Source of the DNA: Lama glama
Taxonomy: Eukaryota
Assembly (NCBI GenBank): GCA_028534125.1
Contig: CM052817.1
Location: 75,084,001 to 75,148,000, forward strand
Reading direction: 5' to 3'
Length of the DNA stretch: 64,000 nucleotides
A model generated the notes under the pieces. It made no database searches, was not told the DNA's origin, and saw only the letters and a list, made by a program, of their open reading frames with translations. A program made the translations under genes and the position numbers. Each line of letters begins with the position of its first letter. Position 1 is the stretch's first letter. This document shows, piece after piece, positions 25,241 to 38,260 of this stretch.

Positions 25241-26752
25241 AGGAATTAGGAAGCTAAAGTAGAAGGTGGAGCAGGAGAATTAAACCCCAGGAGAAGTAAA
25301 GGAAGCTGGATAGAAGAAAATCTAAATCTTCTAACTATCCTTGAGTCTTGTGGAAAAGAAGTTTTGTATGTGAGAGACAGTGGAAAATCCTATGACATGC
25401 CATATAGCTTAAGCCATTTATTCCCTTTTAGTCGTACTAGGTTTGAATGTCACCTACTTATTTACCTGTGATTAATATCATGATGAAAATTTATCTCATT
25501 TTTAAAAAATTTCTATTTTAAAAGGCTTTGTTGCTCTGGGGCCAGAAACGCTGAAGTCTAAGGTTTTGAGCTCTAAAATTAGAAAATAGAATATGACTGA
25601 AAGAAAGTTTCAATATGATGCATACCCTTTGGGGAAAACATGGAAACTTCTGGCATTTTATTAATCCTTTCTGGTGAGGTAATCTTATAAAATTTATAGT
25701 ACCAAAGGAAAGATATTAAAAATTAAATAGCTAGTACTGATTCTTAACAGTTCAGAAAATATAACATCACTGATCTTTTTGTAGTTATGTGTTGTCTTTA
25801 ACATTTTTTTTTTTAGGCACCTGAGACTATTTTACCAAATTTTTCTAAAAAAGCCTTAAGTGCAAGTGAAAGTATTCCTACCAAGTGACTTCAGAAATAA
25901 TCTTTATGGTTGGGAAGGCACTCATGCATGTAGTAATGAGAAAAGACAGTTAGTGAATTCCCAAAATATCTTTTTAAAAATCTCATACATTGCCTTTCCT
26001 GCTTCACTCCTTATTGACTTTTCATATTAAAAACAAACAGTATGGTTTTTATTTCAAGGGTCAAGTTATAGAAAACAATAAACTGGCTAAAAGCAATACA
26101 GCACTATTATATAAAATCAAACAAGAAAACAAAGCTCTAAAATTGTTCCTACTTCGGCTTGCTGGTGGGAATTTATTGAAGAAGCCTTTTAAACTTCATC
26201 AAAAAAGCCTCACACCAGTTAATGATAAGAGGGGGGAGAAGAGATTTTGCTATGTTTAAATTCCATTAGAGCATTGCGGGTTTTTACTTCCTAAGTGGAC
26301 CTTTTAACTTCCGAAGTAGATCCTCTGAGGTCTAAGCTTATTTGCTCTCAGCAAAAATATGGTTTCAGTGACTTAGAAAAAAAATATTTTAAGACAATAG
26401 TAATTTTTAAAAACATATACTTGTGAAATATTTCCCTATCATGAACATGCAGTTGAAATTCATTTTTAAATTAAATTATTAGTTATAATACATAAATTTA
26501 AATTTTTAATTAAATGGAACTGGTTATAATGAGCATGAATCAACTGCAATATTTTCTTCATTTTATTTACAGAAGTACTAAATAATAAAAATAAATAACT
26601 CATAATAGCAATATGGTAAAAAAATGATATTGAGTGATTTCAAACCTCATGATACATTTTTTTTTTTTCAAATTTTGCTGCTAGATTTTATGAAGGCCAG
26701 GTTAAGTTCTAGGGCCTAAAGTGAGACAAAGTTTGCTTCACCTACCTAGAGT

Positions 26753-27454
26753 TGAAATAGAGCAGGACCCTATGGGGCCTTCCCAGGACAGACCCCACCA
26801 CCACCACCAAATGTCCTCTGCCTGCCTCCTGTCTCTAGAAAAACTGTAGTCAAAAAATAAGTTTAATCAGAGAAATAAAATACAGAAACAAAGGGAAATA
26901 GTCAAGTAAAAGAAAATAATGGTTTAGTCATTTAACAAAGTCAAGGACATTTAGTTCCTTCTCAAAGGCTATAGATAATTCTCTGAGCCATATCCTTTGA
27001 GCTGTCTTGTGGATAATGGAAACCCCGCCTGGTGGAAGAACTTAACTACATGATGTCCAAACTGTAACCATGACATAAGCTGCTATAATTCTGAGAATCG
27101 GTCTCAAAGAAATGGGAACAGACCGACCCTGGAACTAAAGGTTAATTGTACTTAAAACAGTCAAGATGACTGATCAGACCCCTGCATGACTAATTACAAG
27201 ATGACTGTCAGAGCTGACTGTGCTCTTCTGCATCTATCCCCTACACATCCCTGCAACTCCCCCTTTAAAAGGTCCTGCCCAGTGATTGACAGCGGGGGAG
27301 TTGGTCTCTGGATAGGAGTGCACCCTACATCCCCATATTCACCCCCCATCCCCGATTGCTGGCCTCCAGAATAAAGCAAAATTTCCTTTCTACCAACATA
27401 TGGCTCTATATTGGCTTGTGAATGGCGAGCAGTCAGATCTGAGGTTCGGTAACA
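26753..27454 (+). mobile_element. ERV1-type solo LTR (702 bp)
   Basis: TGAAATAG...GGTAACA termini. Near-TSD GAGT (26749-52) and GGGT (27455-58). TTTAAAA TATA-like box near 27264 and AATAAA at 27370-27375. Confidence 0.85.
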
Positions 27455-28059
27455 GGGTCAATGATAAATTAACACTAGATAAATTGATGATTATATGAGA
27501 TAAAATGCATAAATATAATGTTGATTTGTTTATACCAATTATATTGATTATATATATATTCAAAATATTATAAAACCAATACCTTCCTTAAGGATTACAT
27601 CCTTCTGATTCACTAATTTGACCCTGAAGCTTCTGGTTAGACATGGAGAATTGAAGGGTCACTAACATGTATCTCCTTTCCTATGAAAACTCATTCAAAT
27701 AGGAATTCAAAGTACATGAAAACCTCTAAGTTCAAAGAGAACAAGAGATAAAACCCCAGCAGTGGAGAGGCGTGGTTCCTCACTTACAACATAGTACCTC
27801 CAGGGGGCATGGCTGACATGAAAAAGAATTGTTTCCACAGCTCCAGGAAACTTCAGTTATTGAAGCAGAAATCAGGTGGGGAACTGAAAACAGATTGTGT
27901 AAAAGTCTGTATTTAGACTTCCCATTCCTAGGTTATTGCCTTACAACTGATAAAGGTAATTTGTACATCAGTTCCCACAAAATAGGGGCAGCCCAGTGGC
28001 CCAGCCCACATCAAGAATCTAAACCTAAGTCAGCTTGCACTTATGGGAAACACCTCACT

Positions 28060-28620
28060 CACAAGGAAACCTAATACATGCCAATCACAATTTTCCAATC
28101 TTCTAGAAAATAAGACCTATTAGCCTTGTAAGGAAATCCCTGACCTCTTGGTCAATCATGCCATGTTTCTGAGTTGCCATTTCTAAAATGCCTTATTAAA
28201 CTTGCTCTTATCCAAAATCCCCCTGGAGGGGTGCTCCACTAGTTGTGAGGCACTGCACTCCAGTAATTTCTCTCAGATCAAGTTCCACTTATTTTACATT
28301 CTGAGCTCTTCCAACTTCTTTTTCCTAATCCTTCTGGGTGGCAAACTGGGGTGTGAGAGACTCAAGATTCTTCAAAGTGAAACTTGGTGGGCCACCACAA
28401 TGGGGGTTGTGGTCCATCTCATCTACAAGGTCAGCACCTCTGGGAGGTTATGACAGGTCTCAGGAACTGTGCACAGGCAGCCAGAAACACTAACTCTGGT
28501 TGAATTAGGGAGGATTAGTTCAACAAGGGAAAATAGTGGGTACCCCTCAATCTAAGAAAGCAACACAGCAGCTATTAGGCGGACTCACAAAGCCTGGAGG
28601 TAAGTCTGTCGCATAAACCT
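28060..28620 (+). mobile_element. Old LTR 3' part plus adjacent ERV internal remnant
   Basis: ATTAAA near 28195, a U5-like segment ending ...aagattcttca, then a TGG-starting PBS-like tggtgggccacc near 28385. Family unresolved. Confidence 0.35.
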
Positions 28621-30720
28621 CTGGGGATCTTCTCCATTTGCTCTTTTCTTTCTTTGAATTTCTCAAATTTTTTTCAACTTCTTAAGTTAATGTTTAACTA
28701 ATTTTGTTCACTTTTAAATAAAGTATTTAATTTCAGAAAATAGTTCTGTTTACTAAAGCATTTGAAAGTACTCCCATTTTCAGAGATCATCTCTAATTGT
28801 AGGTAGAATATCCTAATCGAGTTAAGTATTTAATGTTACTTTATTCAAATCAATACTTTCAGTGACTTTTTTGTCATTTAGGTAATAATTTTTTTTTTAA
28901 CTTTTCCAAAAAAGGTGTGACTGATACAGTTTCTGCCCTTTGGAGTTTATTGAGATTTCCTTCATGGTCTAATGATATTTGAATCTGTTTAGGAAACAAA
29001 TTTTAGAAATAAGAGCTATTCTACATACTTAGCACACAAATGTGCTATCAACTCTCCTATATCCTCACCTTACTTATGCCAATGGGAGCAGGCAAAAGTA
29101 AAGACAATTTTTTAAGGAAGATTTTAATTCATTTTTTATAAACCTTTTGTTTTATTTCATTTTGTGATTTCTGTTCTTGATGCTTTCATTGTTCTGTTTT
29201 CATCTTACAGACTATTTTTCTTTAAATTCTTTTTTTAATCTCTAGACAAATTGAGTAGTGTACATAGTGTTTTAAATTTCATTAGTGGTCATTTTATGCT
29301 TATGCTCATTGCTAAATATGATATGCTAATTCAATATTTTTTATGAGTTTTAAGAATGAGGGAGGATCTCATTACATCTTAAGAACTGGGATTGCATTTG
29401 ACTGTAAGTACCTTAAAATCAAATTACATTTCCTTACAGAAATAGAAGTTTTTCTTATAAAAAACAATTTTGAAGTAGGTCATGGCTGGCATTCGTTTAG
29501 AGAATTACAAGAGGATCAGTGTCCTCAATGTTATTCTGGCCTTTCCTTAATGGTCTTAAGATGGTTTCTCAAGCTCTAGGCATGAAAGATCTGAGGTCAA
29601 GATACAAAGGAGGCAGTCTCAGGAGCAACCCTTTGTCTGGAAGTAGCTAGCATCACCTTAGGTGAGATGAGCAATTTTTTCCCTTGTTACCCAGTTCTAT
29701 CCTCCTAATTTATTTTAGTTTATTAGATTTATTTTCCTCAGTAATTTTCTGGCTTGTTTTCTATCTTCTTTTTCAGAATTTATTTCTCCAATTTAATGTT
29801 CATGTTAAGTTTTATAAAATTATATATAACAATTCTCTAGGTAAAACAAATTTAAATGCTCATGTGATGATTTTAGTTGTGTCTTTTGATAGATCATTGG
29901 TGAATTGTGAGTTCTATTTTATATAATCCACAGAATTAATGCCACCAGCTATCTTTTTAAATTTTTGGAGTCTCTAACATTTCCTTGAAGGTCTAGAAAA
30001 TTTTCTCAGTATTAGAGAACAGAAATGGTCATCCACTGATGAATTTTGTTGTTGAAAAATCTTTGGCCAATTTGATTTTTGTTTTTTCCTAACCTACATT
30101 GTTTTTGGTTGGTTGCTTAGTTTTTCTGTCTCAATGTTTCCAGATTATTTTCTTCTTAAAAATTAAAAAAAAATCCACCTATTTCAAGGATGGAGACTTA
30201 TTTTACTTATTTTGAGAAATCTCATTGAGCCATTATCTCTTTTAAGTTTTAGTCATTTTTAAGATCACTGCTTTTTGAAAATCTGTTTTAATTTAATTAT
30301 TGTTCGCATTCCACTAGTCCTGGTTACTTCTAGATGTCAGATAACCATTTCAAGATTTCTAGCAACCTCTCAGATATTATTTTGATCTCCTTGATATTTT
30401 CAATTGTGGTTAGTTCTCAAGTTTTCTTTCGATTTTCTGATTTTATTTTCTGTAATATTAATTCAGGTTTTTATGATCTCTAAATCTGATTTTAATATTG
30501 CTTTGAAAGTGTTACTTACCTTAACAGTATTTTTTCCCACATAATCTTTTCACGCATTTTAATCACTTTCTTTTTCATTTCAGTTTGTTACTTTATCTCA
30601 TATTTCATCTAATCTCTAGACACAGTTCCAGAATTCTAAATATTTAGTAGTTTTAGCATGCTTCTCTTGATGTAGTGAACTCAAGTTCCCCTTTGTTTCA
30701 TGGTGTAGAATCTTTTCAGG
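28620..30720 (-). mobile_element. Fragmented old antisense L1M
   Basis: T-rich, with ggagtttattgagatttccttcatggtctaat (antisense endonuclease region) and ORF1-like antisense pieces. Interrupted. Confidence 0.45.
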
Positions 30721-30857
30721 TGCAGATCTGTGTAGCTAGCCAGTAGTCCACAGCATGGTTTGGTGTGGAGGCTGCTACCAAGTATAGACAATAGTAGCAA
30801 AGCTAATCAGAACCTCCTCTGGCCTCAGCCACCACCCAGGAATTTAAATGTGAATGT

Positions 30858-31243
30858 AAGAAAGTCAAGTATCATGTAATACCACTTAGATATGGAATCT
30901 AAAAAAAAATGATACAAATGAACTTATTTACAAAACAGAAAAGACACATGGATATAGAAAGCAAATTTATGGTTATCAAAGGGGAAACGGGGTGGGGGAG
31001 GGAGAGATTAAGTGTTTGGGATTAGCAGATACAAACTACTATATACAAAACAGATAAACAACAAGGTCCTACTGTATAGCAAATGGAACTATGTTCAATA
31101 TCTTGTAAAAACCTATGATGAAAAACAATACGAAAACAAATACACACACACACACATATGTATAACTGAATCACCATGCCGTATACCAGAAGCTAACACA
31201 AAACTGTGAATCAACTATACTTCAATTTAAAAAAATAAATAAA
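30858..31243 (+). mobile_element. 5'-truncated cetartiodactyl-type L1 3' end
   Basis: gatacaaatgaacttatttacaaaacagaaa...aacaaggtcctactgtatagc...aatcaactatacttcaat plus an A-rich tail. Similar to 11679-11995. Confidence 0.9.
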
Positions 31244-31826
31244 TTCTTTCAGGTGGCTATTAAGGAAGAAAGAGAGGATATCAGGAGACAGATGTGAAAT
31301 ATTATTATCAGGCCACTAGAATAAAGATTAGGAAATTGGGTTTATAATGTCTCCAGACGCCCTGTCATGAGTTCAGTACGTTTATTTTATTCCAGTTTCT
31401 TTCAGGAATGGCACTAGGTATGCATAAAATTTCTTCGTATGTATTATGCCACATACATTTTTATAACAAAAATGTCTATCTCATGTTCCCTGAGTCAGTT
31501 ACAGTTTTTCGATTATTTCTGCTTTTCCTATTATGCTTAGAGGGACAATCTCAATTCCCAATTCAAGAATATTGACATATTTTGTTTTACATGTATAGTT
31601 TCAGGATTTGCATCTTTAGTGTATCTATATTTATTGGGCCACATGATAGGTGGTCAGTCTTAACCTTTTTCCTATTCAAATAACTCACAATTGCCACAAT
31701 CCTTTATATTAGTGCATTGTACCTAATAATTTATATGCACTGTATATTAAAGTTGTTACTCATACTAAGCAATTCCTTGGAAAGCAGTTGAACTTAACAC
31801 AAGGTTGAGGAAAGGGCATTGTATTT

Positions 31827-31862
31827 TATATATATATATATATATAAATATATTTATATATA
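31827..31862. repeat. (TA)n microsatellite
   Basis: Directly visible, interrupted. Confidence 0.85.
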
Positions 31863-32596
31863 TTTGCCAGAGATTCTGCTACTTACATGATGCATTTCTA
31901 AGGTCACAGTACTTAAAATAAACTCTTCCTTCTAGATTAAACATAACTTTTAATTGTGCCTTCATACAATATCTTTAATCAGAAGCTTATCTCAGGTTTG
32001 TACAAATGTGCTCTACACATGCAGCTTTAACCTCCACTGATTCAAGGACTCTGTCATTATCCCATTTTCCAGGGTGAGGTGATTTCTAATTATGCACATC
32101 TTGGTGTTTAATTTCATGCGATTAGCTTGAAACTAATAGATGAATGGCCTGCTTGTATCTGAGGATGAAATAATTTGGATAGAATGATGGGAAAAAAAGC
32201 ATTTAACAAATAACAAAGGTGAATTTCACAGGGCCAAACATATTTTCAATGAAGTTTCCCTACATTTTTTCTGCCTGCAAAAAACAAAGCAAAAGCCTTT
32301 TTTGCCTTTTCAAAACCCGTGAAAAAAATTGATCAAAATGAAAAAGACAAACATTTTGCTGTTGATTTGCATAGTATCTTTAAAGAATCATGGAAAATGG
32401 ACAAATTTATTGTTCAAAATGTAATATAATGGGGTAAATATGTGCTATGTATCAGATAGCTGATGTTTTTTGATAGTAGTGAGGTACTTAAAAATATTCC
32501 AATAAGCTTTCAGAGTTAAACTGAAGCATAGCTTTCACTATACCTCTTTCAGAAAATGATTCCATCAAAAATCATTCTTTTTCCTGTTCTAAATTA

Positions 32597-32599
<3 letters not shown>

Positions 32600-32632
<33 letters not shown>

Positions 32633-32642
32633 ATATATATAT
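32600..32642. repeat. (TA)n microsatellite
   Basis: Directly visible. Confidence 0.9.
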
Positions 32643-32731
32643 GAAGATAAGGTCTTCTGATGCTTATTGAACTTTAAGTATATGATCAGCTGTGTAACTG
32701 TTCAGATTTATCAGTAGTATAGGGTTAGCAC

Positions 32732-32995
32732 AACGTCTCTCTACGTTATGCAGTGTAATGTTTGTGCAGTAGAGGTGCGCTATTCCTGTCGAAGGAGTTG
32801 GGGACGAGATGCGAGCTGTTTAAAGAAATGCACATTATACTCAAGCACGCTTGATATTCCCTCACTGTTCACTCTTTTGAGTGCAAAAAGTGGTTTTTGC
32901 TAACTCCATTTTGCTGCTCATGGAGAGCTGCAGGTTGATGAAACCTGAATCTACTTGATTCCTTTCTACCACTGCCATTATGCAGACAGTCAAGT
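32732..32995. other. CpG-retaining hairpin-rich unique element (candidate conserved or structured element)
   Basis: Seven CpGs in 32734-32849 and a chain of adjacent short inverted repeats (see findings). Confidence 0.4.
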
Positions 32996-33377
32996 GTGAT
33001 ATATTTAGTTGATGCAGTACTTATTACTCTCAAGCACAGCTTCTTATCAGGGAAAAATTAGACCATATGAGAAGTAATCAAGAAATTCTGGAGAGGTTGC
33101 AAAGATACTCCTTTTAACTGCTTCCTTTTATTTTTTTCTCTGTCTTTGGATCTCTCATTCTTTGGAAGGAAAGAAAAGTTCAAATCTCTATCACAAAGCT
33201 CCAGAAAATTCTGGAGGAATATTTTATGTCACTATTTTCTTCAATATTTTTATTTAGTAACAGTCATAACAATAAAGAGCACAAGCTGAATAAATGCCAA
33301 ATTAAGAAATTTATCCCCATACTAGAGCTACCAGAGTTACCACTTTGGCAGAAATGAACCATTAAAAAAAATCCAGA

Positions 33378-33605
33378 GGTTCAGAGCATGAACTTTGGCA
33401 GTGGACCACCTGGGTTCAAATCATATTTCTGTTGATTACTAGCTATTTGATTAATCTTGGACATGCTGTCCTCTCTGTGAATTTTATTATCTGTGTAAGG
33501 GAATCATAACAACATTTATCTCGCATTTTTGGTGAGAAAATAAAATAGGAAGTCAATATAAAGCACTGAACACAGTAAACAGTCAATGAGGATCAGTTGT
33601 TAATA
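33378..33605 (+). mobile_element. MIR SINE
   Basis: ggttcagagcatgaactttgg...cctgggttcaaatc head, then core and tail. Confidence 0.75.
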
Positions 33606-33613
33606 TTAATCCC

Positions 33614-33638
33614 TTACGTGGCAATGATTGCCACGTAA
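33614..33638. repeat. Perfect inverted repeat (12-bp arms, 1-nt spacer)
   Basis: TTACGTGGCAAT-G-ATTGCCACGTAA. Confidence 0.95.
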
Positions 33639-34119
33639 TTTGAATATGCAACAATTCTTTCCTATTTTAGTAATGTTTTTTACATGTGGATTGAATATTA
33701 TAGATATTTACCAGATTAAAACCTGTATCACATTCCTGTAATGAATATATTCCTATAAATGATCAAATGATCATCTGGTCCAACCTTTTGTTTTAGTAGC
33801 TAAGATCCTAAAGTGACAGAGAGTCCAAGAAAGTTGCTTGAAAGTAAACATCCATGCTTACTGGAGATTCAAGACTAGAACTTGCATGTCCTGACTTTCA
33901 GAAGTGTCTTCTGACTTTATACTCCCATCTGCAAGTCCACCTAGACTTGTTTTTCACACATGGGTGTGCAAGATAAGTTCCAGATTGTAGAAACTAGAAT
34001 TTAAGGTGAGAACTTGGTCACAGGGCTATCCATAAAAATCATCCTTACTAGAAATGACACAAATGGCTACTTGGGAGGAATTAGTGTTGGTAAAAATCAC
34101 TGTCTCTTTAACTGATAGA

Positions 34120-34790
34120 CTAAAGTGGTAGGAAAAAGCAATTGCAAGGAACTGAAATTGCCCCACCCCTACCAAGCAAAATAGTAAAATAAGGCAATTA
34201 TACATCTCAAGAAGAGATTAATCTACCCTTATAGACTTTAGGGATGTTGAAAATGAGATCTTTATCATTTCTATGTTCAATTCAACTGTGTTGGTTTTGC
34301 AGAAACTGGATGTATTGTAACAATTGATAGTGGATTACCATAATTTAAACCATAATTTGTTAACCCCTATCACATTTATAGTCCTGAAAGCAGTATCTTT
34401 ACCAAAATTTATCAAGACAGTCTTGGACACTTACTATGCTGCTATTAATATGATAAATACATTTTTTTCACACTCAGTCAGTTGGGAGGATCCAAAACAG
34501 TTTGCCTTTTGTGAAAAGAACAGGGGAATGTACTATCTTGCCCTAAGCCTAGGTTAACAATACTTTTCTCTGTTCAGAAAAAATCTGCAGTACCTTGATT
34601 ATCATGACAGTCTGCAGAACATCACATTGGCTCACTAATTACATCATGAAAATTGGACTTAGTGAGCAGGAAATGTCATATTGTTAGTATGTCATGCATG
34701 CTAAGATACACAGATGTCTGCTTGTGGGAAATAAAACTTACAAAAATTCACAGGCATGCCGTATTAGTAAAAGTTTCTAGATTGTTTAGC
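34120..34790 (+). pseudogene. ERV-L (class III) pol reverse transcriptase fossil
   Basis: ORF 34324-34557 IVDYHNLN...TYYAAINMINTFFS...KQFAF matches ERV-L RT TVDYRKLN...TWYAAIDLANAFFS...KQFAF. Downstream LQNITLAH, IGLSEQE and WEIKLTKIH follow in order, with the YIDD motif destroyed. Confidence 0.9.
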
Positions 34791-34924
34791 TAGGGAGGTT
34801 ACGTGAAGTGGGCAGGAGTATGTCCTGTATTCAGGGGATGCACTGAACTTTCTCTTGTTATTTCCATGTTTTCGTTGTGACCATAGCCTAGCAAGGACAA
34901 GGCAAAAGAACTCAGAGCCTTATG

Positions 34925-35035
34925 GGAATCTTTAAGGAAGAATCAACCCACCATGAAAGCAGTCTAGCCAGCTGAATTGCTGATTCAGGCTGAAAGAAAT
35001 CTAGAATGAATGGTAAAAGAAGAAAATGATGACTC
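34925..35035 (+). mobile_element. ERV-L pol 3' end remnant
   Basis: ccagctgaattgctg...aatctagaatgaatggtaaaagaag resembles the ERV-L integrase C-terminus PAEVLAE.GN.EWVVEE. Confidence 0.55.
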
Positions 35036-35149
35036 TAACAAACAGTGGCAATTATACTTTGTTTCAATGACCATTGCATGTAGTCCATTGTACTATATAC
35101 AAAAGACAGCCCCCAATTCAAACACTCAGTGACAGGAAAGACCAAAGTG

Positions 35150-35649
35150 GTACAAGTAGTGGGAAGGATCAGATGTCTTGGGTGCCTCACCCTACATCTT
35201 CTTTGTCTCATATACAATTCTAACTGAGGCTTTGTGGACGGTTCTGCATGGGCTTTTGAGACACCTGGTGCTAATGGTTTCCTGTCTGTTTGAAGACTTC
35301 TCCAGAGCTGCAGACATAAATGGAAATTACTCCAATACTCTCAATAGTAACCCGAAAACAAAGAGCAGTCAGTGCCCTTGAGAACACCTCTTAACCAATG
35401 TGCTGATGGAAGCAGAGACTTAAACTCAGGTGGATACTTTCAGGAGGCACTCAGTACCCTCCTTTGAATATCCCAGTTGAAATTGAGCCTCTGTTCACAG
35501 CAGTGAGCATCATTTCACACTTGCTGTCTTCCTCCTTTCCTCAGTTCTCTAAGGTTTTAACTCCTGCTCACTAAGAATAACTCCTAACAAACTCCTACAT
35601 CTAAGTCCTTGTTTGGGGCTCTGTTTCAAGGGTTTCCCAGGCTAAGGCA
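35150..35649 (+). mobile_element. LTR16-like ERVL LTR
   Basis: Terminal agtccttgtttggggctctgtttc...ccaggctaaggCA resembles the LTR16 3' end. Sits downstream of the ERV-L pol pieces. Confidence 0.65.
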
Positions 35650-37240
35650 TCCTCTGAAAGCACACCTAACATAGTAAATTCTGCATGGTCTTAAGAGATA
35701 CGTAGTTTGGTAGAGCAATTATACCACAACCTCAACTGAGGAATAAAAACAGTTCTTTCAATTTTGAGACCCACACTTTATCATATAAATCTTTTCACAT
35801 AACTATCTTCCATAATCAATTGCATAAACTTCCAAATATATGTATATAAGTTATGCACATTTATAACATTTACTCTCTATTTATTGATAAACACTATACA
35901 TTTTAACCAAGTTTGTTTCCTCCCTTGAGTTTGTTCCACCTAAACCCCTACTGCCTTTAGTTTTAAAACTTCTCAGCCTCTGAAATTTTAAAGAACTATG
36001 TTACATCATAAATGAATTAGAGAAAAACAGAGATAGGCCCAGTACTTACAAATGTAGTTCAGGAATCAAGGGGAATTAGATAAGGGAATCTAAATGCCTC
36101 ACTGTTTGAATAATGTATTTGTAATGATATTAAATTTAGGAGGATTAAACACATAGGAGAATTGTTAAACTCATGCACAAATTGACTTTAGTTACCTCTT
36201 ATAGTGTATTGTTACTGGAAGCACTCATTATATTGTGGATCTCTGTGGCATGTATTCATTAGAGTCTTTTATTACATTTTAGAAAGCCAGAAATGCAATT
36301 TATATCAATTTGCTTTCCATACTTCTTAGGGAATTTGACTGAATATGAAAAAAAGTCTTCTGAGTTCCTGCATGACATACTGGGACGACTCACTTGTTAA
36401 AACGTCTGTAACACTTTCACTATTCAATTCACTATTGAATATAAAAGGCTACCAACTCCTGCCAGCATCACAAGGTCTAGAAATTTTATCTCCGAATAAA
36501 CACACACACCACACACACCCCTTGATTTTCTTTGATAAACTTTTGCATTTGGAACTGGAGAGGCAACTTTCTCATATGATTCTATAACAAGTCATTTACT
36601 GAACTGTGTTTGTTATATACCAGGTATTAGTCTTCAACAGCTCTCTGTGTCACAGGTTTTATTTTTGATTTTTTTAAACACATGAAGCTATTAATTGGGT
36701 CTTGGAGAGATTAGGCAATTTGCCTTAGGTCTCAAAGCTTAAAAGTGGTGGAATCAAATTGAAATCTCTCTGAGTTTATTTTCAATTTTAATATTTTCAT
36801 GACCACTTATTTCTTTTATTTTGATGAATGTATTAGGCATTTGCTTTAAAAATTACTTATTTAAAATTTAGGTATGCAATTATTTGTTTGTGAATTTATG
36901 TATTTACATTATTTTCTGTTATCTAATATATTGCATTCCTCCTTTACAGCCTCACTCAAGACATTTATCAAACTATGTTAACAGAAGTTTTGGCTCATCC
37001 ATAATTCTTTCTAGACTGTGTGTTCTTTGAAGAAAGTTTTCATAAATTGGATCATACTGGTGTACAGGAAAGACTCATGCTTTTCAATGGTTAGTAGTAA
37101 AGATATATGATTGTATCTCTGTCTTTCATGTTACACTTTATGAATGTGTTTCTTTAATATTGTTATGCATATTGGGAAAAATATATTTATGTTACAGATA
37201 TTACTATTTATATATTTAAAATAGATAAAATTCTCAAAAG

Positions 37241-37273
37241 TAATTTCACTTTGAATACTGAAATGGCCAAGAA
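37241..37273 (+). repeat. 33-bp direct repeat, copy 1
   Basis: TAATTTCACTTTGAATACTGAAATGGCCAAGAA, identical to 38261-38293. Confidence 0.95.
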
Positions 37274-38260
37274 TTTTCAAGAGATGCAAGAAAAAAGGAA
37301 TAAATTACATACAATGAGAAAGGATTCTGAACCAATGATTTGAAGAAAACAAAATATTGAATCTACGTGATATGACTCTATAACCATCAAAGGAAAGGCT
37401 TTTTAAACCGGGCTTGGTTAAGTATCACTTTACCAGGAAATTATTCTGGTCCAGAGACATGACTTCGTATGAAACTATGAAGCCTATCTTATTCCAAATG
37501 CAAAACTAACTGAAAGGCCAACAGACACATCAAAGTGACTTTTGCCTTTGGTACTTCTACACTGGAATTTTATACACTGTTACTAGCAGAAATTTAGAAA
37601 ATTCTGAAGGTACTTCACCTCTTATTGATTAATTCCAATAATTTCCCAGATATTTCTATATTATTAGGAAATTCTTCGATTATATTAATTTTTTTCTGTT
37701 GTTATGTAGTCTAGTAGTAGATTTGTCTATTTCCTCTTAACTGATGTCTGGCCCTTGATAGGTATTATACCATGAACAGGATATAGCACTTAATTTTTGT
37801 AATATCCCATATCCTATTCCCTGGTTCATGAAGGGGACCAACAATATTTTCCTACTTTAATTCTCATTATTACTTAGACCTAAACTAATTTTATCTCTTG
37901 CATGAAAAAACAAAACTGACTTCTGTCTTCTAGGTAGTCAGTATTTAACAATTATTTGTTACATTTTTGAATATATATGTTTAAATTTATTAAATTGATT
38001 TTTTTACTATACTTTGTAACTTTGATTTGGTTAAAAAAACTGAGTGATTTTGGTTAATTTTTCCACCTTACCATGAAGCCCAGATTTTTAAAAATGGATT
38101 TTATAAGACAAGGATCTCTTGGGTAGCTAATGTAAAAATAAAAATTGTGACTCCTAGAAACTATATTAAAAATGTCCTAACACCCTTGAGAAACCCATAT
38201 TTCATTTGAAAAGAGGGAAAAGAAATTTGACATTCTTAATTATAATAAAATATTAAAAAA

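Noticed and set aside
33010..33020. TGATGCAGTA complementary to the 5' end of miR-217
   Set aside because: A 10-nt match with no pre-miRNA hairpin or evidence of a 3' UTR. Plausibly chance.
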